Below, piece after piece: positions 24,218 to 36,300 of a DNA stretch of 64,000 nucleotides. Under the pieces are notes generated by a model. The model saw only the letters and a list, made by a program, of their open reading frames with translations. It ran no database searches and was not told the DNA's origin. A program made the position numbers and the translations under genes. This stretch comes from Pseudovirgaria hyperparasitica (lineage: Eukaryota). The stretch lies in NCBI GenBank assembly GCA_010093815.1, contig ML996583.1. The stretch is one strand, 5' to 3'. Numbering within the stretch: the first letter of the stretch is position 1; the number at the start of each line of letters is the position of its first letter.

Positions 24218-26568
24218 GGCTGTAATTACAGAGTACCTAGGTGTTTAGATCTCGAGATTATGAAGGGTTCGAAGAATGAACCGTTGCGGGACTCTGCGGC
24301 TTTAAAAGGAATGTGCCATCTTCATACTCTTGGCGTCGCGGACTAAAGAGCAACATGTCTCTTTAACGGCCGAAAAAATAGCTGACTTGGTGCAAGCAGT
24401 CGAGAGAGAAAGACCCCTGTAGTTGAGCCTCCAGGTGACAACGGTATCGTTGTTGATAGGTTCCGGTCCAATTGTTTGACCTCGGCGGACCCCACCAACG
24501 TCGCGTCTGGGCACAGTACTAACGTTAAAGCGTAGCTTCACCGACGAGGCGCGGGAGCTGTTTTCTACACGCCTTGAAGAACGGCCTTGAGTACCACTCG
24601 CAATCGGAGTTAATGGCCTGCCTGTACTTCCAGGGCCATGGTTATTGCTAATGATTTAAGACTAGGGATAATCCACCGCTTTATTATGTCTTACAAGCTT
24701 ACATAGACATGAGATGCCCCTCCAGAGGTAATAAGCGAATCTAAATATAGTCGGGGGAAGAGAACTGTGAGCATGAACGAATGAAAAGACTGACTGAATT
24801 TTGGCAGTCACTGTAGTGAATACATACATGCCAGATAGTAGTGCTGCCGTCTGCGGATGGGCCGATCACTCCACCACTCCACCATTCCACTAGAGTGAGA
24901 AGGAAAGAGCTCCGGCCAACCGTGCAGACCTCGATTGTCGTTCCATGCAAAATTAATTGCTCAGCCGCAAGCACAAAGAATTGAACATGGTGCTTACAAC
25001 AAGGCTATAGGTATATCTCAGGGCCAATTGTAGACATGTGCAGGCGCCGTGTAAGACAGTAAGATTCCGACATGGAATGTGCTTACTTTGCGAACAGTAT
25101 GTAGAAGCCGATCAGAATACTGCCAGTATCGCCCTAAGGATTCGGTACACTCTCATGATAGTCTACATTCTCGCCTACGATTCTTCGCAGGGATACCCAT
25201 ATTCTGCAGATCTTTAGCAGTGATCCCCACCTGTAAGCTGCATCTCTCTTATAGCGATGTGACCAGCTATGGTCGATCTGCTTTGGACAGCTGTACTGTG
25301 GGTATAAAGATAGAAGTTTGCCGTACAAGTGGGTGAACTTCCGCAAGGTATCTCTCCATACAGTCCGGAAAGCGTAGGCTAAGCAAGCACATTGGCTTGC
25401 TGCTAAATGGACATGACCGAGGGACAGCCGGAGAAGCCTCCATGGGTACTATCGAGGATATTTCATCGACGTCTGGGAAATAAACCTCTCGACGGCCGGA
25501 CTCACAACAGAATGGGCAATACAAGCTCGCTAAAAATTATGCGCTGCCACGGAGAGAGGGGCTAGGCAGAGAGCACTGAACATAATCTGATAGGACTGTC
25601 TACCTGTCAAGCAATGCTAACAGCTAAATTGACCCATTAGAACTGTGACTCGCAGATCACCCAGGATAAAGAGCTGCTATCGACATGAACGCTCTAGAAA
25701 ACCGGATCGTCCAGTTGCCTTTGGCGGCCTAACAAGCTTGCAGTATATGCGTAAACTGGAAAATACTGAAGCTGGGTCTGTACTAGAATCCCATTCATTG
25801 GAGGATGTCACCATATGCCCCAAGAGCTCGAGGGCAGTGAAATTCATGCAGATAATTGCTATCGAGAACAGCAACGGGTATTATGGTCACTTTACCGCCC
25901 TCAACAGCAAGTCCATCGATGTCAAACCGCGGCAAACATTTCGGAGTCAGCCGTTGAGGATCGCACCTGCCGTGATCAACGCGTCTCCGCAAATACCTGC
26001 GTAAAGTCCACATTCACCGAGGAAAGAGCGCAACCATTCTCGTGAGAAGCCATATGGTGTCAATGTCAAAGAGCGATGATGAATGTTGGCCTGGGTTCAT
26101 GTAATTCTGTGGCACGTAGAACGCGCTTCAACGAATCATGGGTCGAGTTGTAGACTTGACGCATTACACGAGCATGACCACATCTTGAAGGTCTTGCCTC
26201 AGAACTCGGGAGCAGCATCCCGAAGTCATGAAACCAATGATGGTGTTCATGATATACCGACTGTTTTCTTTGTCAGATATGGAAAGCTCAACGCGTCTCT
26301 CTGCGTGAAACGAGGATTGATCCACTTTAACGTTCCATGTTCTAGACCGAGCTCGGACCTTCGGAACGGACAGATCTGCTCTTCCGATCCCGACAACTCA
26401 GTTAATCATCTATTCGTTCTCATCAGATGATACGTCGATTCCTTTTCTCATGGCCTTCTGCTTGTGAAAGACGTTTTTACATTCCTGATGTTGTAGGTCG
26501 GCTTCCATATTGAACGCCGTGGCCTATACCCGCGCTTCCGGCTTTAGTACAGTATCTACGCGCTTTTC

Positions 26569-28771
26569 ATGTCAGCCCAATTTGGCGACGCGGTGCACAA
26601 AAAGGTCCGTAAAGGCACCCGGAGTTGTACGGAATGTAAGTCGACGAAAATAACACATGAATCACTCACTCAGCCATGTAGGCCGGCGTAGAAAAGTGAG
26701 ATGCACTTGGTCATCTGATGATGCGCAAATCTGTAGGCGATGTGAAGAACGTGGTACAACTTGTGTTGCGCAGATATACAGCTCTGCTCCTGTACGGGAG
26801 CGGAAATACAGTTCCCGTGACCGGATCTCGCAACTAGAAAACAAGATCTCCAACCTCACCAGGGCTGTTCGGAACATCGAGTCAAAACTTGGCCACGAGC
26901 ACACCGAGACCCCCGAGTCGCCCCGAATCGAGACTCGAGGATCACAAGACATAGCTGATTCCGAAGACGATACGGATTCGTCCGAGAACTTTCCCAGCGC
27001 GCGACCAGAGCATCTTGAAAATCTCTTCAAAAGCGACTGGATGACATCGAAAGCCATCCATGGCCGAGTCTATGAGCCAAAGGGAAAATCGCATACTCAT
27101 CTCATAGATGCGGCACGAAATGCTTTACAGCCGCTCGTACCAACCAAGGAGAACTTGACTTCTATAGCGAGTTTTTCATCTAAGTGGATTGCGTTACAGC
27201 AAGCTCTGTTTCCCACAGGACGTATTGTAAAGTCTCAAGAAGAAATGCTGGAGAAGTACGATACCATGAGATCCCCCGATGTCGACATCTATGATCTCTG
27301 CCAATGGCTACTTGCGGTAGCGCTCACAGCACAGCAAATTCCTGACGACCAGGGAAGTCCAACAACACAGGCCAGACGATATCAATCAGCTGCGGCTTTC
27401 TCACGTGCCGTTTGTGATGCAACATTGAACACGATATTCAACCAAGACTCACTATTGGGTACTATTGAGGGACTTTCAGTATCAATGTCATATTTGCGCC
27501 TACAATTGACCCGAGGCTCCTTTCTGAGGACCTACCTTCAAAGTCGGCGTGTGATAGCACTCGCGGAGCTCCTCGGCTTGCCGAGAATCGCTCGCAATGT
27601 GCGACTCGGGAAGATCAAGATATCCTCCGAAGCTGATCCGAACTTTTCAAAGACTGAGATATGGGAGTCATTATGCGGAATGGACAGAGCTGGTGGCATG
27701 ATTTACAATGTACCCGTGACAACTAAACGATACCGCACGCCCTCTGTCAAAGACCATCCAGTTAGTATAAACGGGGAGATCCAATGCAAGATCTATATGG
27801 CAACCCTCTCAGACCTCTCTCTCCGCCTTCAGGATCTCGATGACATCGCATATGAAGAGGGCGAAGAGTCTGAACTCTATGCCGAAGTGCTTAAGATCGA
27901 TAGTGAACTGAGAGCTCTTGCATCCTACACACCACATGGTTGGTGGGACCTACCTCCAGATGGGGAGAATCCAGAATGTCATTTACAATTCTGGCATCTA
28001 TTCATCACAATGAGAGCTCATCTACCATTTCTCCTCCGGCGAGACCCATCAGACAAGTATGCATACAGCAGAATTGCTGGGATGGATGCCTGCAGGTCCG
28101 TGTCGCAGCGATACCTTCATATTCGACGAGCAATTCCTTCAGGCTTCTTCATCTGCAAGCCCATGGATATGGAAGGATTTATCTCTACAACTGTTCTGCT
28201 TCTGGCAACCCACAACATCCGCTTGACGAAACGGCCAAATGAGACTATTGACGTAGCTGAACTCAAGGCGTTGATCCTAAATATCATCGAGCTGATGAAC
28301 GATAAGTCAAGTGATGCCATCGGATCTGATATAGCACGTCGCGGCGCTTTAGTCCTTCGATCTTTATACGACTGTCTGCTGGAGGATTCTGAGGGGAAAA
28401 GTACGCCCGAAGAGTTGACCGTAAAGGTGCCAATCCTTGGCCAGATCCATGTACAACGAAACCCAAAACCAGTGAAACCAGTGCCTCAGGCTCCCGTAAT
28501 GTCCACGCCAGTGAACCAGCCGGCGACATGGCAAGGAACAGCGGCCTTTCCAGAAATGTCGACCGCCAATGAAGCCTTCATGGGAGGGGTTTCAACTACA
28601 AACACGGGATGGTCCGCCGATCCATTCTCTTGGTCCATAACGCACGGCCAGGAAGCCTTTTTTCAAGACGCGCTGATGACAGGCAATTTCGAACAATTCA
28701 CAGGCGCTCTTGTGACAGATCAGACCACTTCAATGGATTGGTTGGGCACGACTTGGTCTAACGCAGGCTGA
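26569..28771 (+). CDS. Zn(II)2Cys6 fungal transcription factor
   Basis: Exons 26569-26635 and 26682-28771. Intron 26636-26681 (GTAAGT..TAG) splits the cluster KVRKGTRSCTECRRRKVRCTWSSDDAQICRRCEERGTTC. A coiled coil (RISQLENKISNL) and a middle-homology-like region follow. Confidence 0.95.
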
Positions 28772-29202
28772 TGAAGCTATAAGGGATGATTGCCGTACTT
28801 AACAGTTTCGCACGTTCTAAAGCCACAGAGGTCTGAGAACCGAGCTATCCATTGGGTATGAGCTGTATCAACGCGTGCAGTTCCTTTCTATGGTCTCGCT
28901 GGGAATGGCGCAGCCACGCATGAGTGTTCTCCATTGCCACGAAGACAGCACGATGTTCCAGCGATGTGAAGGTACCTGCCTAGGTCACACCTCTGGCATT
29001 GCGGAAACAGGAAAGCACCTACCACATTTCTTTGCAGTAGTGTGTATACACATCGGACTCAAATTTTGACTCTCGGAGCAAAAGGCTTCAATAACCCACA
29101 TCCCTATACTGCACTCGCTTAGACATCATCATCCGTACGTAGACCATATTCAAGTACGCGGCGGACTTCATTCGTTTTGGACCATAACATTCGCTATACC
29201 CG

Positions 29203-30345
29203 ATGCCGGACCAACTATTTCCACGACCGTATCTACCAAGATTGCCCAGCGGCTCCATACCCGTCCTGCAACGTATCAGTAGCGACAATACTGTCAACTC
29301 ACGGCCTCAAAACATCCCGAATCCGGCTTCTCAATGGCATCACTACCCATATCCACCATCTCCACAGCCTGTATTTCATGACGTCAGGCAGCAAGAAAAT
29401 ATCCCACCCCAAGCTACAGGTCACCCCCACTCGGCGCGCCAATACGTGATATACAGCCCTGATGGACGACCACAGAGCAGGGAAACAATATCACCAGAGG
29501 GAGCGCACGTAACGCTGTTCGAGCAGTTGCAGGCAAGGTCAGAGACAATAACTCCCACAACAAATCCGCCAGATCTGAATACGACACACCGTGAGATCGA
29601 ACAAAATGCAAGGACGGACGGCAGTGCTCTGAGGCAATTGGGCGTCCCAGACCCTCGGCCAGCTATAGGCACGGGATTAATGGATAATTCAACGTATACT
29701 TCACTCGCTCATATACCGCACCAGTCTCGAAGTTTCCAGCCAGGTACACCTAGTACAAACCACGCAGATATTATGAGCGGCACTCCACAAGTCATCATGA
29801 GCGCATACAATCGAGCTCTCGCTCTTGCGCGACATATAGGATCACGTCAAGCTGTGGACCTCATCGAAATATACTCACGTTTGGATACAAGTTCTTTCGG
29901 ACCCGCACAGCTCCAATACTTGAACGCATTGTTCCGTAGGCTGGTCCTTAATGCTCAAGCACTTGAGGAGACGGCAATCTCAAGAGCACACTCTTTCGGA
30001 GGATTGGAGAGTGGGCAGTCTACTGAGCGCATTGTACAGCCCTTTAGTCATGCACCAGAACCATCGTCATCATCGCCAATGTCATTAGACGATCGAGACG
30101 AAGGATACAGCTCCGCAGGACGTTTCGAATTAGACGAGTACGACCGTGAAACCGCAAGGAAAGGTTTGATTTGTTTCAGGGACTGCTGCATATGCAAGAA
30201 AATGGTTACAATAGGTCATCTCGTGGCTTGTGGGCACGACAGATGCGCGGGTTGCGGTATCTTGGAGATAAAATTAATACTTGGCGTCACGATGTGGAGG
30301 TGTATTCGCGTAAGAACGACATCTCCGCAAATGTTATTACGATGA
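29203..30345 (+). CDS. Hypothetical protein, 380 aa; Pro/Gln/Ser-rich with a C-terminal Cys cluster
   Basis: Long ATG ORF with low-complexity N-terminus and C-terminal CCICK..CGHDRCAGC. Exon structure at the 3' end is unverified. Confidence 0.6.
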   Translation: MPDQLFPRPYLPRLPSGSIPVLQRISSDNTVNSRPQNIPNPASQWHHYPYPPSPQPVFHDVRQQENIPPQATGHPHSARQYVIYSPDGRPQSRETISPEGAHVTLFEQLQARSETITPTTNPPDLNTTHREIEQNARTDGSALRQLGVPDPRPAIGTGLMDNSTYTSLAHIPHQSRSFQPGTPSTNHADIMSGTPQVIMSAYNRALALARHIGSRQAVDLIEIYSRLDTSSFGPAQLQYLNALFRRLVLNAQALEETAISRAHSFGGLESGQSTERIVQPFSHAPEPSSSSPMSLDDRDEGYSSAGRFELDEYDRETARKGLICFRDCCICKKMVTIGHLVACGHDRCAGCGILEIKLILGVTMWRCIRVRTTSPQMLLR

Positions 30346-31252
30346 TGAAGCGTTTTTTTTTGTTTGTGCGTGTGTGTGTGTGTTGTTTTGAATTCCAGAC
30401 CCAACGTACCTTATCAGAACTCTCAAAAAGCTTTCTCGCCTGGAGTAGTCATACCAATAATACACCCCAAAATAATGCGAATGTCAAAACGAAACTGTCT
30501 CTTGACGGCTAGTGTATCACACCGCCCTTGTAACAAAGTATAGGACAAGGTCCATGAGAATATTGACACTTCGCACTGTGGCACCCTAGAGCCAGTACCG
30601 ACAGTATTTTTTCTTCCGGGTGCTGATCTACGCTATCATACACACAATGGATAAATATAACATGATGTTCTTGGTACAGAAGGACGATGCGAATGCAAGT
30701 GCTCGTCTCCGCATTCATTTAAACTGGTCTTTGCACGCGTGGCTATCTTGGCGAGATGTATCCATGCTCTAATCAAGGTGATAGAGCCTGCTGAAATTGA
30801 CGGCATGGCTGTGCTATGATGAGGGCTAGTATCCAATGGCTGCAGTAGAGGTGACGAGAGCACGGAACACATGCGGGGGATTGCACTTTATGGGGTGGTC
30901 GCGTCGTGATTATTATCGGAAGGTACTTTGAGTGAGAGACACTGCTTCCTAAACGGGACTAGTGTCTAAACGGTTAAATAGCTTCGACTCTATCTCCTAG
31001 AACTTAGTTCTCTATATATAATTATAGAATATATTTAATAACCTTAATTATATCTACTTTCTACTTATAATAGATTATAAGCCCGGCGCTTTACTATAAA
31101 AGCCTTAAAATACCTCTTTATTAATAAAAACTATTATATTTTAATAAAAGTAAGTCCCTTCTCTAAAACTTAGTTATCTTATTAATCTTATTAAAGTTTT
31201 ACTTTAATTCTACTATCTTATTAACTCCCGGTCTCTATATTATTATCTATAC

Positions 31253-31490
31253 TATAAAGAGTAAAGACGTGGAATAGTAGTCTAACAGTTTATAGAGAGA
31301 CATAGGAATATATTTATAGAGTAATCTTACTCTTATACGAGGTTAATTCCTAACGAGTAGGAATTAGTTTATACGGTCTACTTATATAGTAACCTTACTT
31401 AACTTAGCTAACTCAACCTAGCTCTAGCCACTACGTGGCTACATGGATTAGAATAGTCTATATAGGTCCGTTATGGTTCCCGTCCTAATA
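31253..31490 (-). repeat. 3' LTR of A1 (type A LTR)
   Basis: Direct repeat of 38938-39175 and inverted copy of 56142-56379. Confidence 0.95.
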
Positions 31491-31969
31491 ATATTCTTCT
31501 TCTTTTTATGCTTCGCCCTAAAGTACTTAAGTATATATAATTCTAAGTCTCTATAATCTATTGTGTACCTATATATCTATAACTAAGTTCCTATGACGTT
31601 ATAACTATCCTTAATATAGGTAAACTCGAGATTCTAGTTTACTTTTATTAGTTTATACACGCGCTTATCCCTTACTTCGTGGCTACTACCTAGGATATAT
31701 AATTACTACTTTAGTTAAGTATATATTTAGCTTCGCTCGCCTTTAATTTTATTCTCTAGTATATCTACCTCGCTCTTAAGGTAAGTTATTAATTTATATA
31801 CTATCTTCTCTAGTTTAGGTTTAGAAGAGTCTATAGTAGTCTATTCTTATTAGAACCGGTCCTATATAACCTATTCGCGTTATTACGGTTACTAATTTAG
31901 CTTCGTTAATCGCCGTTAAGGGTAGATAAATATTCCTTCCTTAGATCTCTAGCTAACGTGTGTATATAG

Positions 31970-33006
31970 ATATCTAATACTAGTCCTATCTCTAAGCTTG
32001 CCTCCTTCTCTCGTAAGACTCGCTCTAAAGGTATCGCCTCCTCCCCGGCCACGCCGGCTAAGAAGCCTACCTATTATAGTAGTATAAAGGCGCGCTCTAA
32101 GTCGGAGAAGAGAGTAGCTAGGGCTACTACTACTACTACTATCTCTACTACTAATATAGCTACTAGTCGCTCTAATCTAGGTAATTCTAGTACTAAACTT
32201 ATGGATAAAGTAGTTATAGGTTCTCCTCTCGCTCTAAAGCGTACGCCGCCTACTCTACCTTCTCTAGAGGATAAAGAAGATCTTATTATAGATGATAATC
32301 GCGAGCCCTCGCGCTTACCTACGCTACCGCCTCGCTACTCTTCCTTCCGGTCTAATATAGACCGATTTAGTCGCTCTAGGTCCTTTTAGGACCTTAATAT
32401 TCGCTCTAAACCCTAGCCTACTAATAATAAGGCCTAGGTCGCCGAGGATACTAAACGTAGTCGCGGTTTACGCCATAGGAAAACGGCGAACTACGGTTTA
32501 ATATACTATAAGTATATTAAGGGCTATATAGCCGGCTCTAAATATCTCTTTCACTCTAACTCTAGTATTAGCTACTACTCTACTAACCGCGACAGGCCTA
32601 TACACCCTATCTTTACTCTACCTACCCGCTACCGCTGCTATACTATGACTAGTAAGACTTATCTATAGGTAAGTATAATAGACTATCTTAATCTAGTATA
32701 ATCTAAAGTGGTCTACGCTAATATATTCTTAGGTTTCTATATGTATATAAGATATATATAACGACCTTCGCGTCCGCGAGACCCTTAGGGGTCCTTATAG
32801 CTATCTATCTACTATATAGAGGGAGTTTAGGGAGCGCTATAAGCTCTTCCTAGAGGTTATTAAAGTATAAGTTACGAGCACGTTAATTATTTTTAACACC
32901 TATTAATTTTTCTAGCCGCCGTAAGATCCCTAGCGCCTAGGCTATCTATTCTAGGGAGTCTATTCTAGCTATAGAGGCCGTAGAGAGGATTCGCTCTATC
33001 CCCCCC
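31970..33006 (+). pseudogene. RIP-degraded intron-containing gene antisense to A1 (runs into the assembly gap)
   Basis: Consistent frame from ATA (ex-ATG) at 31970, broken only by RIP-type TAG/TAA. Introns 31781-31969 and 32669-32732 (GTAAGT..GCTAA[C/T]..TAG). Homologous to 62120-63423. Confidence 0.7.
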
Positions 33007-33301
33007 NNNNNNNNNNNNNNNNNNNNNNNNNNNNNNNNNNNNNNNNNNNNNNNNNNNNNNNNNNNNNNNNNNNNNNNNNNNNNNNNNNNNNNNNNNNNNN
33101 NNNNNNNNNNNNNNNNNNNNNNNNNNNNNNNNNNNNNNNNNNNNNNNNNNNNNNNNNNNNNNNNNNNNNNNNNNNNNNNNNNNNNNNNNNNNNNNNNNNN
33201 NNNNNNNNNNNNNNNNNNNNNNNNNNNNNNNNNNNNNNNNNNNNNNNNNNNNNNNNNNNNNNNNNNNNNNNNNNNNNNNNNNNNNNNNNNNNNNNNNNNN
33301 N
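33007..33301. other. Assembly gap (N run)
   Basis: Run of n characters inside A1. Confidence 1.
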
Positions 33302-36300
33302 CTAGTTTCTAGTAATTTAATTCTTAACTTAATAATATTATATATACGCTCGCTTAGCTTATAACTATCGGTTTCTATATTCTAATTTTCCTTAAGTCAC
33401 CTAAGTGTAGGCACCGTATATAAATTAGTTTATCTCTATGAATTCTATTAGAGTACCCGAACTAGTAGCCTAGTAGTTATCGGTTCGGGTACTCTAACCT
33501 TTTATATTTCGTATTAAGAGTTTAATTCTATAGTAGGGTACCTTTTTTTAGGTTCTTAGTCCTATATTTTTCTCGTGTATAATAGTCTATATTAGTCTAT
33601 TCTAGACTCTTCTATATTATTCTATTATAGTATATCACGTCGCGTTTCTAAAATGGTTATTTACGCTTTCTTCGCGTCTAGTAACTATATAACACTTAAA
33701 TTATAGGGCTACTATATAGAGTTTTCCTAGTGCGCGTCTAGATTTCCTAGTTTAGTACTTCGTTCTCTATAGTATTCTTCTTCTTTTTATAATAACCACG
33801 ACGTTACTATACTTACATTAATAATACGCTATTCTATATCTTTTACTTATACGCAGCCATTATAGAACTTAAGATATATACCGCTGGTTCCTAGGTGTCC
33901 TTATCCTTAGTATAGTCCTTCTAACGGATTCTATATTTCTAAATACCGTCTTTATTAATTCTATATTTAATAATATAGTCTACTTTAAACACGTCTAGTC
34001 TATCTTAGGGTATAATAGAGTATAACTACACGTTCATGCGGCCATACACGTTAGATCGAAATCTTTCGAGTAGTAAGACGTAGAACACGTTATAGATTCT
34101 TATATTACTTTCTAAGTCGAGCTCGTAGACTCTTATACCGATACGACGTTTAATTCGGAAGGGACTAGCCATTTTATAATCGAGCTTCTTATTTACTCGC
34201 GACGTTCGTATATTACGGACGTTAAGAAGAACCTTATCGCCCTCCTCATACGTCTAATCCTTAGCTAATCTATTATAGTACTTTATATACGAGTCGTTTA
34301 CTTATTAGATTATAGCGTGATAGTTACGTACGGTTTCGAAGATTTTAATCGCTAATTCCTAAGCGTGGACGTTCACGTCTGTTATTCGATTAAATTAGAC
34401 CGTCTAAGGCTTAAAACCTATCCTTAGACTACGTCCGAGGTTCGCCTAGAAAGGTATAATATCTATTATACTATAACGACTATTATTATATACGAACTCT
34501 ACTATACTTAGTAGGGAGGCCTAGTTATTCTACTTAAAATTATAGAATACATATAGATAGGCCTCGAGCGTCTAGTTCTATCGCTCTATCTAGCTATCCG
34601 TCTAAGGATGAAATACTATAGATATGTTCCTATTTATACTTACTATTTTATAGAATAACGTCTAGAATTTAGACGTGAAGATACTTCCTCGGTCCGTAAC
34701 GATCCTTTTTAGTATACCATGGACCTTAATAATCTTGTTCTAGAACACCTACGCTAGTTCTTTAGATATAATCGTCTTCTATACTAGAATATACCTAGAT
34801 ATCTTTATAAGTCTATCTATGATAATAAGAATAGATTTATAACTTATTCTAAGTATCTCGCTTAGAGGTAAGTTAACTATAAAGTCTATAGTAACGTCTT
34901 CCTATATAAAGAGGGGGGCTAAAAGAGGCTATAAATTTCTATATAGCTTATGTCTAGGGGCCTTCATTCTTTAATAAATCGGATAAGTAGCTATCTATTC
35001 TTCGACGTACTTAGGTATATCTTCCTAAAAATAGTACTAATAAATTAAGCTTAGGGTACGTATATACCTAAAGTATTCTACTAGGTTAGCGTTATAGTAT
35101 CGGCTAACTACGTTAAATCGCGTATTACCCGTTGGTATATAGTACTTTCTATTATAGTAAAGTAAGCCATCCATAAAGGTCCACTTATAGTCTACTTTAG
35201 TCTATAATAATCTATCTTACTATATTTTACGTAACTTTAAAACTATCGGGTCTATCTTCTATAGATCCACGATTAACTAGGCGAGGTTAATTAGATATTT
35301 ATACTAGGTATTATCGCCCTTCCCGATAGCGCTAATAAACGGCCTACTAGGGACTTCGGTACCGCGTCTTTAGTTACTAGCTTCGGTCTTAGAGATTCGA
35401 TTACTAGTATCGACGTTAGCATCTCGCTAATCGCCTAATAACTTAAAATCTAACCTCGTCCTTAAGAGTTAGGCCTATAGCTACTCTAGGACCCTATAGC
35501 TACTATAATTCTAGGCGCCTTCTTTATAGTTAGGTCTTCTTAATATTCTATTAGCTAGATTTATACTTCTAGATTAATAGTAGATTATAAAGTAAAAGTT
35601 CGTAAGCTACTTAGCCTATTAGATCTATTAATAGTTTAAAACTATCGTACTTATAAACCCCTTTAAGTTATAGTAATTAGTTAGTAACTTAACGTTATAC
35701 ATGGTACCTTTAAGATAATATCGCTACTATTTAAACGACTCTACTATTACTAGTAGCTCTTGGTTATAGATAGTATATCTAGTCTTAATATCAACTATTT
35801 TACGTAAGAAGAACGTAACTAGATACTATTAGACCTTTTTAGACTTAGTTAGTCTAGGCTAGGAGAGAATATCTAAGATTATAAATTCTAACGCGTCGGT
35901 TTCGACGTAGATAGGTTTAGTCAGGTCGAAGTACACTAGTAATAGGGTAGTTATAAATGCCTCTTTGATTTTCTTAAAGAAGGCCCTTTCGCCTTCTAAT
36001 AATTCTATAGGCTATGATTTAATATTATACTATTTCTATCTACCGCGGACCGTAATAGACGAATCTATAGTAGTAGTACACGCGTTAAGCGGTACTACTA
36101 GCTAGGAGAAATACTTAACGAATTTTTAGTAGTAATTAGCGAATCTAATAAAGACACGTATATCTTAAACCGATTTTAGTTTAGGCTAGTCCACGATAGT
36201 AGCGACTCTATCCCTTTCTATGGTTATACCTTAATTAGTAATAACGAAGCTAAGGAAGTTAACGTGGTCCTAGTGGAACTCGTATTTAGATAGCTTAATA

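Noticed and set aside
25079..26430. Cluster of short ORFs between the hydrolase and the TF, including a YLAEVHPLV segment faintly like a fungal TF middle region
   Set aside because: No consistent frame, splice model or convincing motif. A decayed gene cannot be excluded but is not supportable.
1..30950. tRNA/rRNA genes or a secondary-metabolite cluster
   Set aside because: No RNA gene structure was recognised by eye, and no PKS, NRPS or terpene synthase backbone gene is present.
32201..32389. Track ORFs inside the AT-rich block (also 42216-42452, 45294-45569, 46353-46547) as independent genes
   Set aside because: They are stop-free remnants of transposon ORFs or their antisense strand.
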